Positions 26,332 through 35,805 of a stretch of 42,822 nucleotides of DNA are shown here, piece after piece. The DNA comes from a virus. The notes beneath the pieces are model-generated. The model did not search any database. It saw only the letters and a list, made by a program, of their open reading frames with translations, and was not told the origin of the DNA. The position numbers and the translations under genes are program-made. Within the stretch, counting starts at the first letter, position 1. Every line of letters begins with the position of its first letter. The DNA lies in UHGV virus genome UHGV-1378655. One strand, 5' to 3'.

Positions 26332-27285
26332 TCAGACACTACCTTTCCGTTTATTCTTCTCCCACTCTCTATAGTTAGTGAAAGGTATCACGCCATCTTC
26401 TTTAGTTCTCATCGTTGTAGGTAATTCATCTTCGTCTATGTAATAAAGAAGCTTACAACGACAATTGATGTTCTCTTTTGCACTAGCTACACCTACAAAC
26501 AACTTAGGTGCAGGACCTACACAACCACTTGAGTGAAAGTTTTCGTCAATGCCTACTGTTTGTCCGTCTAAGTGTCTGTGTGTATCTCTTGTACGTGTAT
26601 CTTTAGTAGCGTACCAACGTTTCTTCATATCAAGTCCGTTATCCTTAGCTACTGTCGCACTATCCAATCCTGCTTGTGATAATGCACGGCCTGTTTCTGT
26701 TCTAGCTACACGAACTGATTGAGCTTTTGACATTCCTAAATCATCTCTTAACGCTTTAGCTATCTTAGAATATCCCTCACCACTCATAATGCCTTGTGTT
26801 ATGTGTGTACGAATACGTTTTAATGTATCATCACGATGTTTCTGCAGTGTAGGAGCTAACTTAATAAACTCAATAGGTTGTTCAATTGCTGTCTGTATTG
26901 TCTGTGCGGTAGGTATATCGAAGTTCATAGATGTTTGGCTTGCTACTTCATACAAAAATAGGCTCATCATGTACTTTTCCATATAGACGTTCTGTTGTGA
27001 CTGTTTAATAGTCTTAGCGACTTCTCTATAGTCTTGAGATAACATCTGACCTATACGGTTAAGTTCTTTGTTGAGCCTGTTGTATTTATTAAATTCAGTC
27101 CATGTGACTTGTGGTTCATCTTTGTCATATTTCTCATACATATTCGCTATAATCTGTTTAATTTCTTTCAAACGTTTAGCAAATAGTATTTCAATTTCTT
27201 TCTCTGCTTGATTAACCAGTTTATCAATGTAGTCATCTATGTCATTCTGGTTGGTTATTTTCGGATTGTCTTTGTTGTTCGTCAT
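26332..27285 (-). CDS. minor head / head morphogenesis protein (SPP1 gp7-like)
   Basis: 317 aa immediately downstream of the portal gene. Confidence 0.7.
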   Translation of the reverse strand: MTNNKDNPKITNQNDIDDYIDKLVNQAEKEIEILFAKRLKEIKQIIANMYEKYDKDEPQVTWTEFNKYNRLNKELNRIGQMLSQDYREVAKTIKQSQQNVYMEKYMMSLFLYEVASQTSMNFDIPTAQTIQTAIEQPIEFIKLAPTLQKHRDDTLKRIRTHITQGIMSGEGYSKIAKALRDDLGMSKAQSVRVARTETGRALSQAGLDSATVAKDNGLDMKKRWYATKDTRTRDTHRHLDGQTVGIDENFHSSGCVGPAPKLFVGVASAKENINCRCKLLYYIDEDELPTTMRTKEDGVIPFTNYREWEKNKRKGSV

Positions 27286-28678
27286 TCAATCCCTCCTCAA
27301 TGTCAGGGAGTTGTTGATTGAGTTCTATGTTTTCTTGCTCTATTCTTTCCATTTCAGCTACAGGATCTTCAACCCAAGCGTGATTAGATAGAATAGTCTC
27401 TTTAGATAATAACCCTGTAGAATTCATAGCAATTTGAGAGTTTTCTAACTCATTAACCATTACATTGAAGTTGAACGTAATCTCGATGTCTTGCACTTTC
27501 ACATCTAATCTGTAGAAGTCGATAATGTACTGCAATAGCTCTTGTAATGCAGTAAGTGTTTTGTTCTTCAATTTATTAGCTTTTAAGTCTAAGTTACTGT
27601 ACATAAATTTAAGTGCAATACCACTTGGGCTATTACCAAACTTATCTTGTTGGAAGTCTACACCTTGTCCAAACTCTATAATGTAATCACGTAACATCTT
27701 CGTGTATTCCTTAACAGAGTCAATAGGCACTTCTACTTTGATAGTATCTACACCGGAGCCACTTTCCCCTGCAACACTAATCGCTTTATAGTATTTAAGG
27801 TTATGCATGAAATCTTTCATATCTTCGCCTTCATAACCTTTTAAGATATAGATTAACTCTACTGATTCGTCAAAAGTGTTTTGTGTATCTGATAATCGCT
27901 TATCTAACGCATCTATGATTGTCTTATACATGAATAAGTCAGATACTTCTTGCGGGTTGTTCTTGAACGGAATAAAAGGAACACGTCCCCAACTCATCAA
28001 TTTATTACCTTGATAATAATGAGGTTGTATATGATCTTCACTACGGTAGAAATCAGGGATAAGTTGTCCTTCTTTCAACTCATAGAATGTCACATCATCT
28101 TTAGTCCAATACTCAACGCGTTCTGCTCCGTCTAATTCATATACACGGATAAACGCTTGCAGTTCATCTCTTTCTTTATTAGTCCAAATAGGTACAGCTT
28201 GTTCTGCAGGTACACGAAACGTTTTAAACTCTCCCTCTTCATCTACATAAGGTTGAACCCATTCGATACCTTTATTACTTGCAGCAGTTAATATATCCAC
28301 TAATTTGTCATCCCACTTGTGATTAAGTGTATGTTGTATTTGTTTTAATGCTTTGTCATTATCTACACCAAATGTCACAGGATTAGCAACTGCATATGCT
28401 ACTTTCTGGTCTACTAAGTTTTGATGGTAGTTAGTATACATGCGCCAGTCTGGTTTAGTTTCGTCGTAGTCGCCGTTCACATCTCTTTTGAAAGGAGCGT
28501 CTAATATATCTGGGTGATGATTATAATATCTTTCACCCATTGTGATATTGTCTATATTCTCTTTATGTTCTCTAACTAAGCGCAATATCATTTCTTCTTG
28601 CGTTTCATACTTCGGTTTAATCTGTTCTACCACTTGTTCGTGATATGGTTTGTCCCATGGCCAGTTAATGCTAATCAC
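27242..28678 (-). CDS. portal protein
   Basis: 478 aa following the terminase large subunit. Confidence 0.85.
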   Translation of the reverse strand: MISINWPWDKPYHEQVVEQIKPKYETQEEMILRLVREHKENIDNITMGERYYNHHPDILDAPFKRDVNGDYDETKPDWRMYTNYHQNLVDQKVAYAVANPVTFGVDNDKALKQIQHTLNHKWDDKLVDILTAASNKGIEWVQPYVDEEGEFKTFRVPAEQAVPIWTNKERDELQAFIRVYELDGAERVEYWTKDDVTFYELKEGQLIPDFYRSEDHIQPHYYQGNKLMSWGRVPFIPFKNNPQEVSDLFMYKTIIDALDKRLSDTQNTFDESVELIYILKGYEGEDMKDFMHNLKYYKAISVAGESGSGVDTIKVEVPIDSVKEYTKMLRDYIIEFGQGVDFQQDKFGNSPSGIALKFMYSNLDLKANKLKNKTLTALQELLQYIIDFYRLDVKVQDIEITFNFNVMVNELENSQIAMNSTGLLSKETILSNHAWVEDPVAEMERIEQENIELNQQLPDIEEGLNDEQQRQSENNQPE

Positions 28679-28683
28679 CTCGT

Positions 28684-29976
28684 TTACGTTAATATACTAA
28701 TTTTGCTTTGCCTCATATCTCTAGAAAGGGCATACCTACAAGAGTCTATGCTATGATCGTCTTTATCTTCTAATTTAGGAATAATATCCCCATCTTTATC
28801 AGTTTGATAATCTATGTTTTCAAATTCTCTAGCTATATTCGGTGTGCGTTTCGGATCTATTATGATAGCTTCTAAATCAGATAACCATTGTTCGCCATAT
28901 TCTCTACTATCCGGTCCTTTTTTTACACCTTTCACACGTTTTATTCCGTGTTCTTTTTTCAACTCGTCAATACTTTTCGGCTCAGCTGAGTCACAATAGA
29001 TTTCATCGGATTGATAACCACGTTTCCACAACTCTTTCGCAAATTCCCGGTTACTCATTTGTACCCCATATATTTCATCCATAGCGTACAAAATACGTTT
29101 CTTTTTATCATAGTGCCAACGTGTAAACGCTAGAGGGTCAGCAGCATAACCAAAATCTGCACCGTTACGAATATTATCAAAGTTATTGTATAACTCATCT
29201 GGTATCTTCTCTATTTGTAAATTGTTAAACGGCACAACGCCACTACCAATCGCTTCGCCCATATATTCCCAACGATAACGTTGTTCGTTACGTTCTTTCG
29301 CACTCTCTGCCTCTTGTATAAATTGCTTAGAGATAAAAGGATTATCTAAGTACGTTGAATGATGTACGAATGTGTTATCTGGTTGGAATGAGGTTTCATA
29401 TTTTTTATTAACCCACGATTGTTTTCTCTTAGGTGGGTTGTAACTAAAGAAAAACTTGTAGAACAATCCGTCGTCTAGTTCTCCACGTAACATAGAGTTA
29501 GTAATTGTTGTGACTTCATCTTCTGTCTTAAATTCTGCCAACTCCTCTATCCACATGATAGAAAAAGGGAACCGACTATCTTTTAACGACTTTAATCGCT
29601 CAGGGTTCTGCGCCCCTCTAAAGATAATCCGATTCCCTCTAGGAACATACGTGATTTCCATTGGCGACACTTTAACTTTGAACAGGTGTGACACCTTTTG
29701 TTCTTCTATCGCCCACTTAATTTGCTCAAATACTGATGTAGCTAGTGTATTGTCTGTCTTACGTACTACAACTGCATTCATAGGATAGCGCATGATTAAC
29801 TGTGTAATGATGATAGATATATCAGACGACTTACCACTACCACGTCCACCTTTAGCTACTATGTTAAGCTTCTCTCTATCTTTAGTTGCTTTCCATAAGC
29901 TATGGAAGTGTTTAGGTAACAGTTCAGATAGGTTAATCGATATCGTCATTGAACTGTACCGTCGCAGTCGTTTCAA
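28684..29976 (-). CDS. terL: terminase large subunit
   Basis: Walker A AKGGRGSGKS; 430 aa. Confidence 0.9.
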   Translation of the reverse strand: MKRLRRYSSMTISINLSELLPKHFHSLWKATKDREKLNIVAKGGRGSGKSSDISIIITQLIMRYPMNAVVVRKTDNTLATSVFEQIKWAIEEQKVSHLFKVKVSPMEITYVPRGNRIIFRGAQNPERLKSLKDSRFPFSIMWIEELAEFKTEDEVTTITNSMLRGELDDGLFYKFFFSYNPPKRKQSWVNKKYETSFQPDNTFVHHSTYLDNPFISKQFIQEAESAKERNEQRYRWEYMGEAIGSGVVPFNNLQIEKIPDELYNNFDNIRNGADFGYAADPLAFTRWHYDKKKRILYAMDEIYGVQMSNREFAKELWKRGYQSDEIYCDSAEPKSIDELKKEHGIKRVKGVKKGPDSREYGEQWLSDLEAIIIDPKRTPNIAREFENIDYQTDKDGDIIPKLEDKDDHSIDSCRYALSRDMRQSKISILT

Positions 29977-30367
29977 TTTGTTGCTTGTCTGTCCACATCA
30001 TATATCGTTTACCTAATAATTCCGCAGCTTTCGTTCTAGCGTTAGTATCTGATCGTTTTTCCAAAGACTCTACTTCCATTTCACCTTTACCAATTCCAAT
30101 CGGTATGAGTTCTTGATCTGTTACCTCTCCACGTAATACAGAAGTAAGATATTGAAGTATTTCGTCTTGGTCTGCAATTGCATCTTTTTTCAGTTTTTCC
30201 ATTCGTTTGTCTATTTCTGCTTTTATTCCCACATTTTCCAACAATTTATGACTACTTGATTTTGCGTATTTCTCACTATAACCAGCCTTGATTGCCGATT
30301 GATAAGCAGTGCCTGTCTTAATGTACTCATCAACAAATGCTTGTTGTTTAAGGTTCAGTTTCGTCAT
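29933..30367 (-). CDS. terS: terminase small subunit
   Basis: 144 aa with an HTH-like N-terminus; RBS GGTGGTAATATACG-ATG. Confidence 0.8.
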   Translation of the reverse strand: MTKLNLKQQAFVDEYIKTGTAYQSAIKAGYSEKYAKSSSHKLLENVGIKAEIDKRMEKLKKDAIADQDEILQYLTSVLRGEVTDQELIPIGIGKGEMEVESLEKRSDTNARTKAAELLGKRYMMWTDKQQIETTATVQFNDDID

Positions 30368-30415
30368 CGTATATTACCACCTACTCTCACGGTTAAGCAC
30401 CTTTATTTGACGTAT

Positions 30416-30440
30416 AAAAAAAGACACTGCATAAACAGTG
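30416..30440 (-). terminator. rho-independent terminator about 45 nt upstream of terS
   Basis: CACTG-TTTATG-CAGTG stem, then TCTTTTTTTAT on the minus strand. Confidence 0.45.
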
Positions 30441-30482
30441 CCTAATGATTATGTTTTGTTATTTATTTGAGTTTATGTACTC

Positions 30483-30503
30483 ATGTCACACCTCTATGTC
30501 ACA
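30483..30503. repeat. direct repeat ATGTCACA x2 with 13-bp period in the rinA-terS intergenic region
   Basis: copies at 30483-30490 and 30496-30503. Confidence 0.6.
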
Positions 30504-30520
30504 TCAATACATAAAAATAA

Positions 30521-30546
30521 GTTACCCGTGTGTTCTCACGGATAAC
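30521..30546. repeat. 26-bp imperfect palindrome GTTACCCGTG...CACGGATAAC
   Basis: one mismatch between arms; candidate activator-binding site or RNA hairpin. Confidence 0.5.
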
Positions 30547-30821
30547 TAATTAAGGGAGGAGAAAAATTACATGTCAAGTATTCATATCATCGTATCGGAA
30601 GCCGTGTTGTAAGATTCAATAAAACTACCCGCCACTCTGACGGATAGTTAAGCAATCGGATGTGCAACGTCTAATCAAGGACGATAAACACTTGTCCAAT
30701 CACTTCGATATTGAATACCCCACCATAGTGCGAAAGGATAAACACTATGTCTTGTGAGGTAATTCTTACAATATCATAATACACCGATTATAAACGGACT
30801 TACACACTTCAAAAGTCCACC

Positions 30822-31238
30822 TTACACATAACCTATGAATTCTGCTAATCTATTTATCATCGCATCACGTCGTCTTAATATACTCGTCTTACTTGTTCCA
30901 AAGTAGTCAGCTATATCTTCCCACTCACTGCAACCTATCGGACATTCCCAATATCTCAAACGCATTAAGTCTTGTGTATCTTCATCAGATTCATAAATGA
31001 GTTTATCTACACCTTTTACAATATTACGTAAGTTGTTATAACGATTGTCACTTAACTTCTTAATTGATTCTCTCTCGATAGGATTACCTGGTATATTACT
31101 CTTACCTGCTCCTACATTCTCGGGTTCGTGATTTTCTAGTAGTTCATACTCTCTTACTTTTAACTCTCGTCTGTAGCGTTCTATGTTCTTGATATAATCT
31201 TCTAACTTCTTTATATCGTGTCGTTCAATCGTTATCAT
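30822..31238 (-). CDS. rinA: RinA/ArpU-family late-gene transcriptional activator
   Basis: 138 aa upstream of terS; C-terminal SKTSILRRRDAMINRLAEFIG resembles RinA family members. Confidence 0.55.
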   Translation of the reverse strand: MITIERHDIKKLEDYIKNIERYRRELKVREYELLENHEPENVGAGKSNIPGNPIERESIKKLSDNRYNNLRNIVKGVDKLIYESDEDTQDLMRLRYWECPIGCSEWEDIADYFGTSKTSILRRRDAMINRLAEFIGYV

Positions 31239-31368
31239 ACTTACCCTCCATTCTCCAACTTATCTCTTAACACTTCAATTTCATACTCTTTCACTTCTAA
31301 CTGATGTTTTAGATCATTCTGTTCAAGTATAGAGCCAAATAGTAGTAAAACTAATATAATGATTGCTA

Positions 31369-31791
31369 TTACGCCCCACATTGTTTGACCACCTCTAAAT
31401 TAGGTTTGTGTTCTAGTACACGTCCGTTAAAACTACATGCATCTTCTTTAGCTGAATATAAATCGTCGTAAGATAAAGCTTCAAATACATTGTCAGTGAT
31501 TATGCATGTGTTTCCATAACTACCTATATATTTTTTCACTAAATATACTCCTTTTTTTAACTCAACCACGTATTTGCCTATGTTGTTTTTATTATCCTTA
31601 TTTTTCAACCAAGATACCTCTCTTTCTAAATGTAACTTATCTAATTGCAATCCATGTTTATCTTCCTGTAACTCATTAACTCTTTTCTCTGCTTTAATCC
31701 ACTTATATATAGCAAAAATACACAGTACTAACACAATTGTTACCGATAATAAACTTATCCAAATCACTTTAATAACCTCCGTATACGCCAT
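31369..31791 (-). CDS. hypothetical membrane protein (start probably GTG near 31767)
   Basis: N-terminal transmembrane helix; RBS GGAGG 8 nt before an internal GTG. Confidence 0.5.
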   Translation of the reverse strand: MAYTEVIKVIWISLLSVTIVLVLCIFAIYKWIKAEKRVNELQEDKHGLQLDKLHLEREVSWLKNKDNKNNIGKYVVELKKGVYLVKKYIGSYGNTCIITDNVFEALSYDDLYSAKEDACSFNGRVLEHKPNLEVVKQCGA

Positions 31792-31939
31792 TTAAATGAG
31801 CGTGGTCGTGTTCGTCAAAATCCTTAGGTACTTCCACCTCATCATTAGCAGTTAACTTATAATACAACTCTCTGCCTAAAAACTTACCGATTTCATACAT
31901 CGCCAATGTGAATATTAGTTTCGAAATGTGTTTGATCAT
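31769..31939 (-). CDS. rinB: RinB-family transcriptional activator (56 aa, not in the ORF track)
   Basis: MIKHISKLIFTLAMYEIGKFLGRELYYKLTANDEVEVPKDFDEH... closely matches the RinB pattern; RBS GGAGGAGAAGA; ATGA start/stop overlap with the upstream gene. Confidence 0.7.
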   Translation of the reverse strand: MIKHISKLIFTLAMYEIGKFLGRELYYKLTANDEVEVPKDFDEHDHAHLNGVYGGY

Positions 31940-32187
31940 TCTTCTCCTCCTTGAAAATCAGATACAACTAAATAACCGCAGTCTAAGCATCGTTTAGTAT
32001 TATTAAATGCAATTTTTTCAACAAATAAATTATCAACCTCTACATTTAAACTTTTGCATTTAGGACATTGAAAGAAAGTTTTATGCTTAAGGAAATCATT
32101 ATATTGAATGAATTCATCATTATTATCTTTTCCATCAACTTTATAAATACCGTTCATCATTAACACTCTTGTTTTATCTAATGGCAT
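31936..32187 (-). CDS. small zinc-ribbon protein
   Basis: CPKC...CLDCGY four-Cys motif. Confidence 0.5.
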   Translation of the reverse strand: MPLDKTRVLMMNGIYKVDGKDNNDEFIQYNDFLKHKTFFQCPKCKSLNVEVDNLFVEKIAFNNTKRCLDCGYLVVSDFQGGEE

Positions 32188-32196
32188 TTTATGGTA

Positions 32197-32430
32197 TCAC
32201 TCCTTATTAATCACATGTTTTTTTATAATCGATAAGAATAATGCAAGTATCATAACAGTTGCTGTCAATGAGTTATCGGAATGATGTCCGATTAGTAATA
32301 CCACGACAATCAAAAACACCCCTGCGAGTTCACTAATTGCATTTAAAAATTTGGTCTTAAATTTACATTCAATAAACCAACCTAGAAGCACTGTCAAAAA
32401 ACCGATTGCAATTAAACTTAATAATTTCAC
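32197..32430 (-). CDS. small two-transmembrane-helix protein
   Basis: 77 aa with two hydrophobic helices. Confidence 0.45.
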   Translation of the reverse strand: MKLLSLIAIGFLTVLLGWFIECKFKTKFLNAISELAGVFLIVVVLLIGHHSDNSLTATVMILALFLSIIKKHVINKE

Positions 32431-32466
32431 TTTCCCAGCACCTCTTTTACTTTTTCTAATATATCT

Positions 32467-32892
32467 TTATTCTCCTGTGCTTCCATATGCACCTCTGTCA
32501 CTTTCATTTTCAAACCAATCAACCTGTTTGGGTGTAGGATATACAACTGGTGCTACAACTAACTGTGCTAGTCTTTCGCCTTTTTCTACTGTAATATCTT
32601 CATCACCTATATTGTCTGTGATGATACCGATTTCTTTATTGTAGGTTTGGTCTATTGTTCCTAGTGCTACACGCAATTTAGTTTTAAGTGATTTACCTGA
32701 TCTTGGTCTCACTTGTGCTTCATATCCGTTAGGTAAATTAATAGCCACGTCAGTTTTAACTGCTTTTGTTTCTCCGGCTTTGATTATTGTTGTTTCTGAT
32801 ACATACAAATCTAATCCGCTATCTGTAGAATTTGCTCTCTTAGGCATAGTCGCGTTTTCTGATAATAATTTAATTTCTAGTTCTTTAGTCAT
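32467..32892 (-). CDS. dut: trimeric dUTP diphosphatase
   Basis: 141 aa; RPRSGKS, GTIDQTY and GAYGSTG motifs. Confidence 0.85.
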   Translation of the reverse strand: MTKELEIKLLSENATMPKRANSTDSGLDLYVSETTIIKAGETKAVKTDVAINLPNGYEAQVRPRSGKSLKTKLRVALGTIDQTYNKEIGIITDNIGDEDITVEKGERLAQLVVAPVVYPTPKQVDWFENESDRGAYGSTGE

Positions 32893-33082
32893 TTATTGTT
32901 CCTCCATTTTCTACTAAACTCTTTGAATTATTTTCCACTATTTTGTCGTACAACTCTGCCTTGCGATATACTTCGTTAAGCTCTTTGATTAGTAAACACC
33001 CATCGTGTCCTGTAAAAGCTGTAGATGATACTATGCAGCGTTGGATAAACTCTCTATTGTCCATTGCAAGCCTCCAAATCAC
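32885..33082 (-). CDS. hypothetical protein
   Basis: 65-aa ORF, translationally coupled. Confidence 0.4.
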   Translation of the reverse strand: MIWRLAMDNREFIQRCIVSSTAFTGHDGCLLIKELNEVYRKAELYDKIVENNSKSLVENGGTIND

Positions 33083-33326
33083 TTAATAAATTTTGAAACT
33101 CATGCGTTCCGTCTAGTTCGTCCATGTATTTTAAATCTCGATTTAATTCGTTTTTAATTACCATTGCGTTAGCTATTTGAAATAAATGATACTGATTGTT
33201 AGGTTTTATAATTTGATTTACTGAGCGATGTACTTTCATATATTCTTGTAACTTCTTTCCTTTCAACTCTAGCCATGCACGTTTATATTCTTTATCCTTC
33301 ACGTTTGGTCTCCTTGTAATTATCAA
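33054..33326 (-). CDS. hypothetical protein
   Basis: 90-aa ORF. Confidence 0.4.
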   Translation of the reverse strand: MIITRRPNVKDKEYKRAWLELKGKKLQEYMKVHRSVNQIIKPNNQYHLFQIANAMVIKNELNRDLKYMDELDGTHEFQNLLSDLEACNGQ

Positions 33327-33576
33327 TTATTTGAAATACATAAGCTGTGAACTCTTTTGCCCAACAGTCTTCCTCTGCCGTTTCCAATATCTCATCAAAA
33401 GCCTCTGCTTTCCTTTTCGTTTCTGCCATATCATTGATGAGTTCATCACGTTGCTTACGTAAACTGTCACGTTCATTTCTAAACTTCCACCAATCACTAC
33501 GTGGATAGCTTTCGTCTAAATCTAACTCATTGTTTCTAATGAATTCTAATAATTGTTCCTTAGTTACTTCTGCCAT
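33292..33576 (-). CDS. hypothetical protein
   Basis: 94-aa acidic ORF. Confidence 0.4.
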   Translation of the reverse strand: MAEVTKEQLLEFIRNNELDLDESYPRSDWWKFRNERDSLRKQRDELINDMAETKRKAEAFDEILETAEEDCWAKEFTAYVFQIIDNYKETKREG

Positions 33577-33790
33577 TCCTCATACACTCCCTATTCTTTC
33601 TTATATTTTCTTTCTCAACTTTCATCGTCACTCTGTTTCCTGCTACCTTAACCACAAAGCCTTTAACACCCATCTGTCTTAGTTCACGCTGTACTTCTGT
33701 AGGTGTCTTGCCTTGTGTGTTGTATTTGTATCGTTGGTTGATTGTGTCGGATAGTATCATGCGTTCATCTTCTCGTATTCGTCTGCCCAC
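33560..33790 (-). CDS. hypothetical basic protein
   Basis: 76-aa ORF. Confidence 0.4.
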   Translation of the reverse strand: MGRRIREDERMILSDTINQRYKYNTQGKTPTEVQRELRQMGVKGFVVKVAGNRVTMKVEKENIRKNRECMRNGRSN

Positions 33791-34452
33791 ATGTACATCA
33801 ATCCGTCACTTACATGTTTACGATTGCACTTTCTAGCAATGTTGCGTCTGTCTATGAATAATAATTTTTGAGCTTCTACTGTACTTGCGAATTCTTCAAC
33901 AATCCGGTTGTTGTTATCAACAAGATATACTGGCTTAGATATGCCTTTATTTCTGCGATACACTCTATATTTTTGCAATGTAGATTGGAATAGGTTATCT
34001 GCCATAAGATTGTTGTACCTACTGTCTTTAGGGTAAGCGTGATACCCTGTTCTCAAATTACCGATAAATGTTTCATATACAATATCTGCTGCACGATACT
34101 TCTTATTCTTATAAATGACTGTGGAAATACCGTTACATCCATTCGCAAACTTGTATTTTCCATCAGGTCTTTTCATTCTGCCTAAGTTACTTACGTATAG
34201 GTCGTACTTCTCGCTGTACTTCCAAATTTCATCTTTTGCTACAACTCTTTCGTTAAACACCTGTTTCTTATTCACTCTAGGCATCGTGTCTGTAAAGAAG
34301 CACTTCAACTTATCGTTATATGTGCCACGTTCTTTTTGGTACCACAGTGTGTTGAGTGGAATACCTGTAATGTTGTGCAAATGAGTTAAGTCTGTCTTAG
34401 TCACTGTGTGAGTAAATGGTTCATACATGTAAATCACATTTAACCCTCCCAC
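33757..34452 (-). CDS. free-standing HNH endonuclease with a NUMOD4 motif
   Basis: YSEKYDLYVSNLGRMKR (NUMOD4-like); HAYPKDSRYNNLMADNL (HNH_3-like). Confidence 0.6.
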   Translation of the reverse strand: MGGLNVIYMYEPFTHTVTKTDLTHLHNITGIPLNTLWYQKERGTYNDKLKCFFTDTMPRVNKKQVFNERVVAKDEIWKYSEKYDLYVSNLGRMKRPDGKYKFANGCNGISTVIYKNKKYRAADIVYETFIGNLRTGYHAYPKDSRYNNLMADNLFQSTLQKYRVYRRNKGISKPVYLVDNNNRIVEEFASTVEAQKLLFIDRRNIARKCNRKHVSDGLMYMWADEYEKMNA

Positions 34453-34883
34453 TTTTCAAATGCACGATTTAAATACCAACGCGCTTTGTCTAAATCTTCT
34501 TTACCGTTCTTACGATTAGCTCGACTTATATATTTAATTGCATTACCAATTGCAAATGCTAACTCTGGTTTGTAATCTTTAGTGACTTGCTCTATAAAAT
34601 CCATTATTTCTATTTCTCCATACGTGTAATGTGACGGGTGGTTAACCTTGTCATCTAATGTCTTTTTAGTTCCTTCATTTCCATTAGGTAATGAGTAAAA
34701 ATCATAACAATCATCAATAGTCCAAGTTCTCCCGTCAATCGCTTCTACATCAGCAACCCATTTATCTATATCAAGACTTGACTGAACTAAACGATAAACA
34801 TTTTTTATTTGCACTGTAATTTCAACACCGTTAACTTCTTGGATTCTGATTCTATCGCCTATAATCAAATCTTTAATGCTCAT
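34440..34883 (-). CDS. hypothetical protein (DUF3310-like)
   Basis: 147-aa ORF; SHYTYGEIEIMDFIEQ motif. Confidence 0.4.
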   Translation of the reverse strand: MSIKDLIIGDRIRIQEVNGVEITVQIKNVYRLVQSSLDIDKWVADVEAIDGRTWTIDDCYDFYSLPNGNEGTKKTLDDKVNHPSHYTYGEIEIMDFIEQVTKDYKPELAFAIGNAIKYISRANRKNGKEDLDKARWYLNRAFEKWEG

Positions 34884-35239
34884 GATCTAACCACCTTTCT
34901 AGGGAATATGTCATTCTCCATAAGATGCTTGCACCATTTACCACGAGGGTGTTTTTGAGGCACTGTGAATAAATGTGGTTTCTTACGTTTCAACTCTTGT
35001 AATCTACGTTGTGCCATTCTCTCTTTATAACTAGCGATTCCGTCCTCTTTAGGTTTTAAACTATCCCATTCACTACGTCTTACTCCCAAAGGAGCTTCTA
35101 TTGCATCTTCAAAATTCCAACCAGAAGCTAATCTTTGTCTTAAGATATCGAGATTGATATCTGCTTCTTTCATTTTCTCTACTACATCTGGTGTAATAGA
35201 GAAGTATTTATTTTTAACTCTCATTTTTGTCGATTCCAT
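34880..35239 (-). CDS. hypothetical protein
   Basis: 119-aa ORF. Confidence 0.4.
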   Translation of the reverse strand: MESTKMRVKNKYFSITPDVVEKMKEADINLDILRQRLASGWNFEDAIEAPLGVRRSEWDSLKPKEDGIASYKERMAQRRLQELKRKKPHLFTVPQKHPRGKWCKHLMENDIFPRKVVRS

Positions 35240-35431
35240 TTACTCCACCTCTATTAATTCAACTAGTTCAAAATCTTCATTCATCAACTCTTTGTCAGGA
35301 TTGTTACTGATTAAATCTAAAATGCGTTCCTTTTCATCACTTGCAGTAATTTGATTGTTTACCCAAACTGGATACTTACATCTAACTTTCATTGTTGCTT
35401 CGACTGTGACTGTTTCTTCTCTATTAGCCAT
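35240..35431 (-). CDS. hypothetical protein
   Basis: 63-aa ORF, coupled to the upstream gene. Confidence 0.4.
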   Translation of the reverse strand: MANREETVTVEATMKVRCKYPVWVNNQITASDEKERILDLISNNPDKELMNEDFELVELIEVE

Positions 35432-35805
35432 TACTCATCACCGACCAATTCGCCATATTTCCAGATGAGTGTCATTGTATTTCCGTCTTTTAACCAGAAT
35501 TCTCTACTAAAGTCGTCTTTTACTTGTTCAATAGAATTCCCGAACCATTGCGTTGCATCATTATCTTGAAATATCTCAAGCATTTCTGGAATTTTTGTAT
35601 TTTCAGTAATCTCTTCTCCAATTTCTACTGTGAAAGTTTCATCTTTATCAACTTCATGCTCTATAAAAACTCTTTCGGCCATATCAAAATGCACATAATG
35701 ACCATCAATATTGCTATAAAACATTTCACTTTTAATTCCATTCTTCCATGCCCATGTAATCAACTCTGGTAATGTCATTTCTACTTTACGTTTAACCTTT
35801 ACCAT
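35431..35805 (-). CDS. hypothetical protein
   Basis: 124-aa ORF. Confidence 0.4.
   Translation of the reverse strand: MVKVKRKVEMTLPELITWAWKNGIKSEMFYSNIDGHYVHFDMAERVFIEHEVDKDETFTVEIGEEITENTKIPEMLEIFQDNDATQWFGNSIEQVKDDFSREFWLKDGNTMTLIWKYGELVGDE

Noticed and set aside
30571-30612. 13-codon + strand ORF (MSSIHIIVSEAVL) with a strong AGGGAGGAG RBS
   Set aside because: It is too short with no support beyond the RBS, which has 11-nt spacing. It is kept only as a note inside the intergenic-region finding.
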